From an uncultured Acidobacteriota bacterium (GTDB taxonomy: Bacteria > Acidobacteriota > Thermoanaerobaculia > UBA5066 > Gp7-AA6): a DNA stretch of 64,000 nt. Within the stretch, counting starts at the first letter, position 1, and every line of letters begins with the position of its first letter. The stretch spans positions 96,001 through 160,000 of the forward strand of contig CAVXTP010000010.1 of NCBI GenBank assembly GCA_963764715.1, written 5' to 3'. Of the stretch, positions 62,607-64,000 are shown piece by piece. Position numbers and translations under genes: made by a program. Below the pieces are notes generated by a model. That model was not told the origin of the DNA and ran no database searches. It saw only the letters and a list, made by a program, of their open reading frames with translations.

Positions 62607-64000
62607 TCACGGCGCGCTGGTCGGCTCAGCGCTGCCCGCCTCCAGAACGGCCTTCGCGACGAGGCCGCGGATCACGTCGGTGACGGGGCGCGTGAAGAAT
62701 CCGCTGTGGCCGCTGATCACGTCGTTCGACGTGCGGACGACCCAGAGCGGCGTCGGATGGTCCGCCACGCAGTCGAGCATCACGCTTCCCATCTGCTCGA
62801 CGCCCGGGCACCGCTCGGGGGGGAGCGACGCGTCTCCGCTCAGTGTCTTCGTGAGGAGACTCACGAGCTGGTCGACCGATTCCTGCGACGGCTCGGGCAT
62901 CGGCAGCCGGCACTCGCAGTTCTCGACGGTGCCCATCAGCGTGCTCCGCGGCGCCTCTTTCACTCCCTCGGCCAGGTCGGCCCGATGCGTCACGAACGGG
63001 TCGTAGTTGCCGACCGTCGTTACGAGCATCCGGTGCGACGATCGCGGCCCCGTCCTCTGGAAGAGGGTGCCGATCCACCGCCCGATCCTGAACAGGACAC
63101 GCGTCGTGGTATCGCTCTCGGAGGCGAGGATCACGAGCACCGGCCGCTGCGTCGGAACGAACTGCGGATACTGCACGATCAGCTCGTTGAGCGGAGCATA
63201 GAGCGAGGCCTCGAACGCCGGGTTCGCGAGGATGACGACGTCGCCGAAGCCCGCGATCCGCGCCGGCTCGCCGCCGAGCACGGAGCGGACCTTCGCGTCG
63301 ACGATTCGGTTCTTCAGGACGTTGGCGATGGCGGAATAGACCATCGCCCCGCCGAAGCTGTGGCCGAGGATCACGAGACGGCAGCGGCTCGGATCCCCCT
63401 CGTTCAGGTGCTTCTGGTACGCGTCCAGGAACGAGAGCACCTCGACGAGCTCGCCCTGGCCGACCGCGTGCGCGGCCCGCTTGCGCGGGTAGAAGGACAG
63501 ACCGCGAAACGGAGGAACGGTCGCCGAGAGTCCTCGCCAGCCGACGAAGATCCCGATCGTCCGCGACGGACGGATCACGCCGTTCGACCGGGCTTCCGCC
63601 TGTTTCGCGTCACTGGCGATCCTGGCGAGGAGCGATCGGAAACAGCACGCGTTGTCGTTGCAGAGCCGCGCGTCGTTCTGCCAGCCGTGGGCGAAGAGCA
63701 CGAGCGTGAGCCGCTCCCGCTCCGGCCGCGCGGCCTCGGCTTGGAGTGTCCGGATCAGGAGCTCGAGCGGCGCCCTCGAGAAGAGGTTTCCCTGGTCGTC
63801 GAATTCGAGGAATGCGAGCTCGTAGGTGTCGTGGACCTCGAGCGAGCTCGTCGCGAGCTTCTCCCGTCCCTCCTTCGTCGCGAGCTCGCCTTCCTGAACG
63901 GGCATCGCAAGCGCGCGGCCCTGTGCGTCCACGCGGTGCGGCGCATTCGCCGTGCAGGACACGGAGAGCAGCACGGCGGCGAGAAGCGCGGGCGCGGGCC
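62607..64000 (-). CDS. Alpha/beta-hydrolase-like putative lipoprotein (start outside window)
   Basis: FLEFDDQG, LFAHGWQN, FVGWRG, GHSFGG nucleophile elbow, NPAFEA, late GH; VSC lipobox-like sequence. Confidence 0.65.
   Translation of the reverse strand, partial: PAPALLAAVLLSVSCTANAPHRVDAQGRALAMPVQEGELATKEGREKLATSSLEVHDTYELAFLEFDDQGNLFSRAPLELLIRTLQAEAARPERERLTLVLFAHGWQNDARLCNDNACCFRSLLARIASDAKQAEARSNGVIRPSRTIGIFVGWRGLSATVPPFRGLSFYPRKRAAHAVGQGELVEVLSFLDAYQKHLNEGDPSRCRLVILGHSFGGAMVYSAIANVLKNRIVDAKVRSVLGGEPARIAGFGDVVILANPAFEASLYAPLNELIVQYPQFVPTQRPVLVILASESDTTTRVLFRIGRWIGTLFQRTGPRSSHRMLVTTVGNYDPFVTHRADLAEGVKEAPRSTLMGTVENCECRLPMPEPSQESVDQLVSLLTKTLSGDASLPPERCPGVEQMGSVMLDCVADHPTPLWVVRTSNDVISGHSGFFTRPVTDVIRGLVAKAVLEAGSAEPTSAP

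Overview
A very GC-rich, gene-dense bacterial window of about 55 CDS. The gene repertoire suggests a soil/sediment diderm, possibly Acidobacteriota (inference only). Many apparent single-base frameshifts cluster at 1-4.3 kb and 58-61 kb and look like long-read errors. In order: (1) a surface-glycan cluster (GNAT, PIG-L deacetylase/GT2/coiled-coil fusion, GT4, two GT2). (2) A Gly/His-rich PEGA protein behind a sigma54-type promoter, then an unannotated ~155-nt rod-shaped ncRNA candidate convergent with holB-tmk. (3) A signalling cluster joining a PDZ-membrane-GAF-PP2C phosphatase, a TPR protein, an atypical GAF-sigma54 activator, a sigma54 promoter, a 52-aa ORF, RsbW-like kinase, STAS protein and a second GAF-PP2C, with no sigma factor. 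(4) Amidohydrolase, pcm, OmpA-family protein, cydAB, MscS, DUF2279. (5) gnd-ROK kinase-zwf-GH63. (6) A ~24-kb block of mostly uncharacterised envelope proteins around arylsulfatase-DUF3604-PPIase-3x HupE/UreJ with a NarL-type two-component system. (7) glpKD, a DszB-like desulfinase homolog and a partial hydrolase. GTAG-type REP-like elements occur at three (possibly four) gene ends. No CRISPR array, tRNA, rRNA, transposase or integrase was recognised. All family calls are from motif recognition by eye, not database searches.
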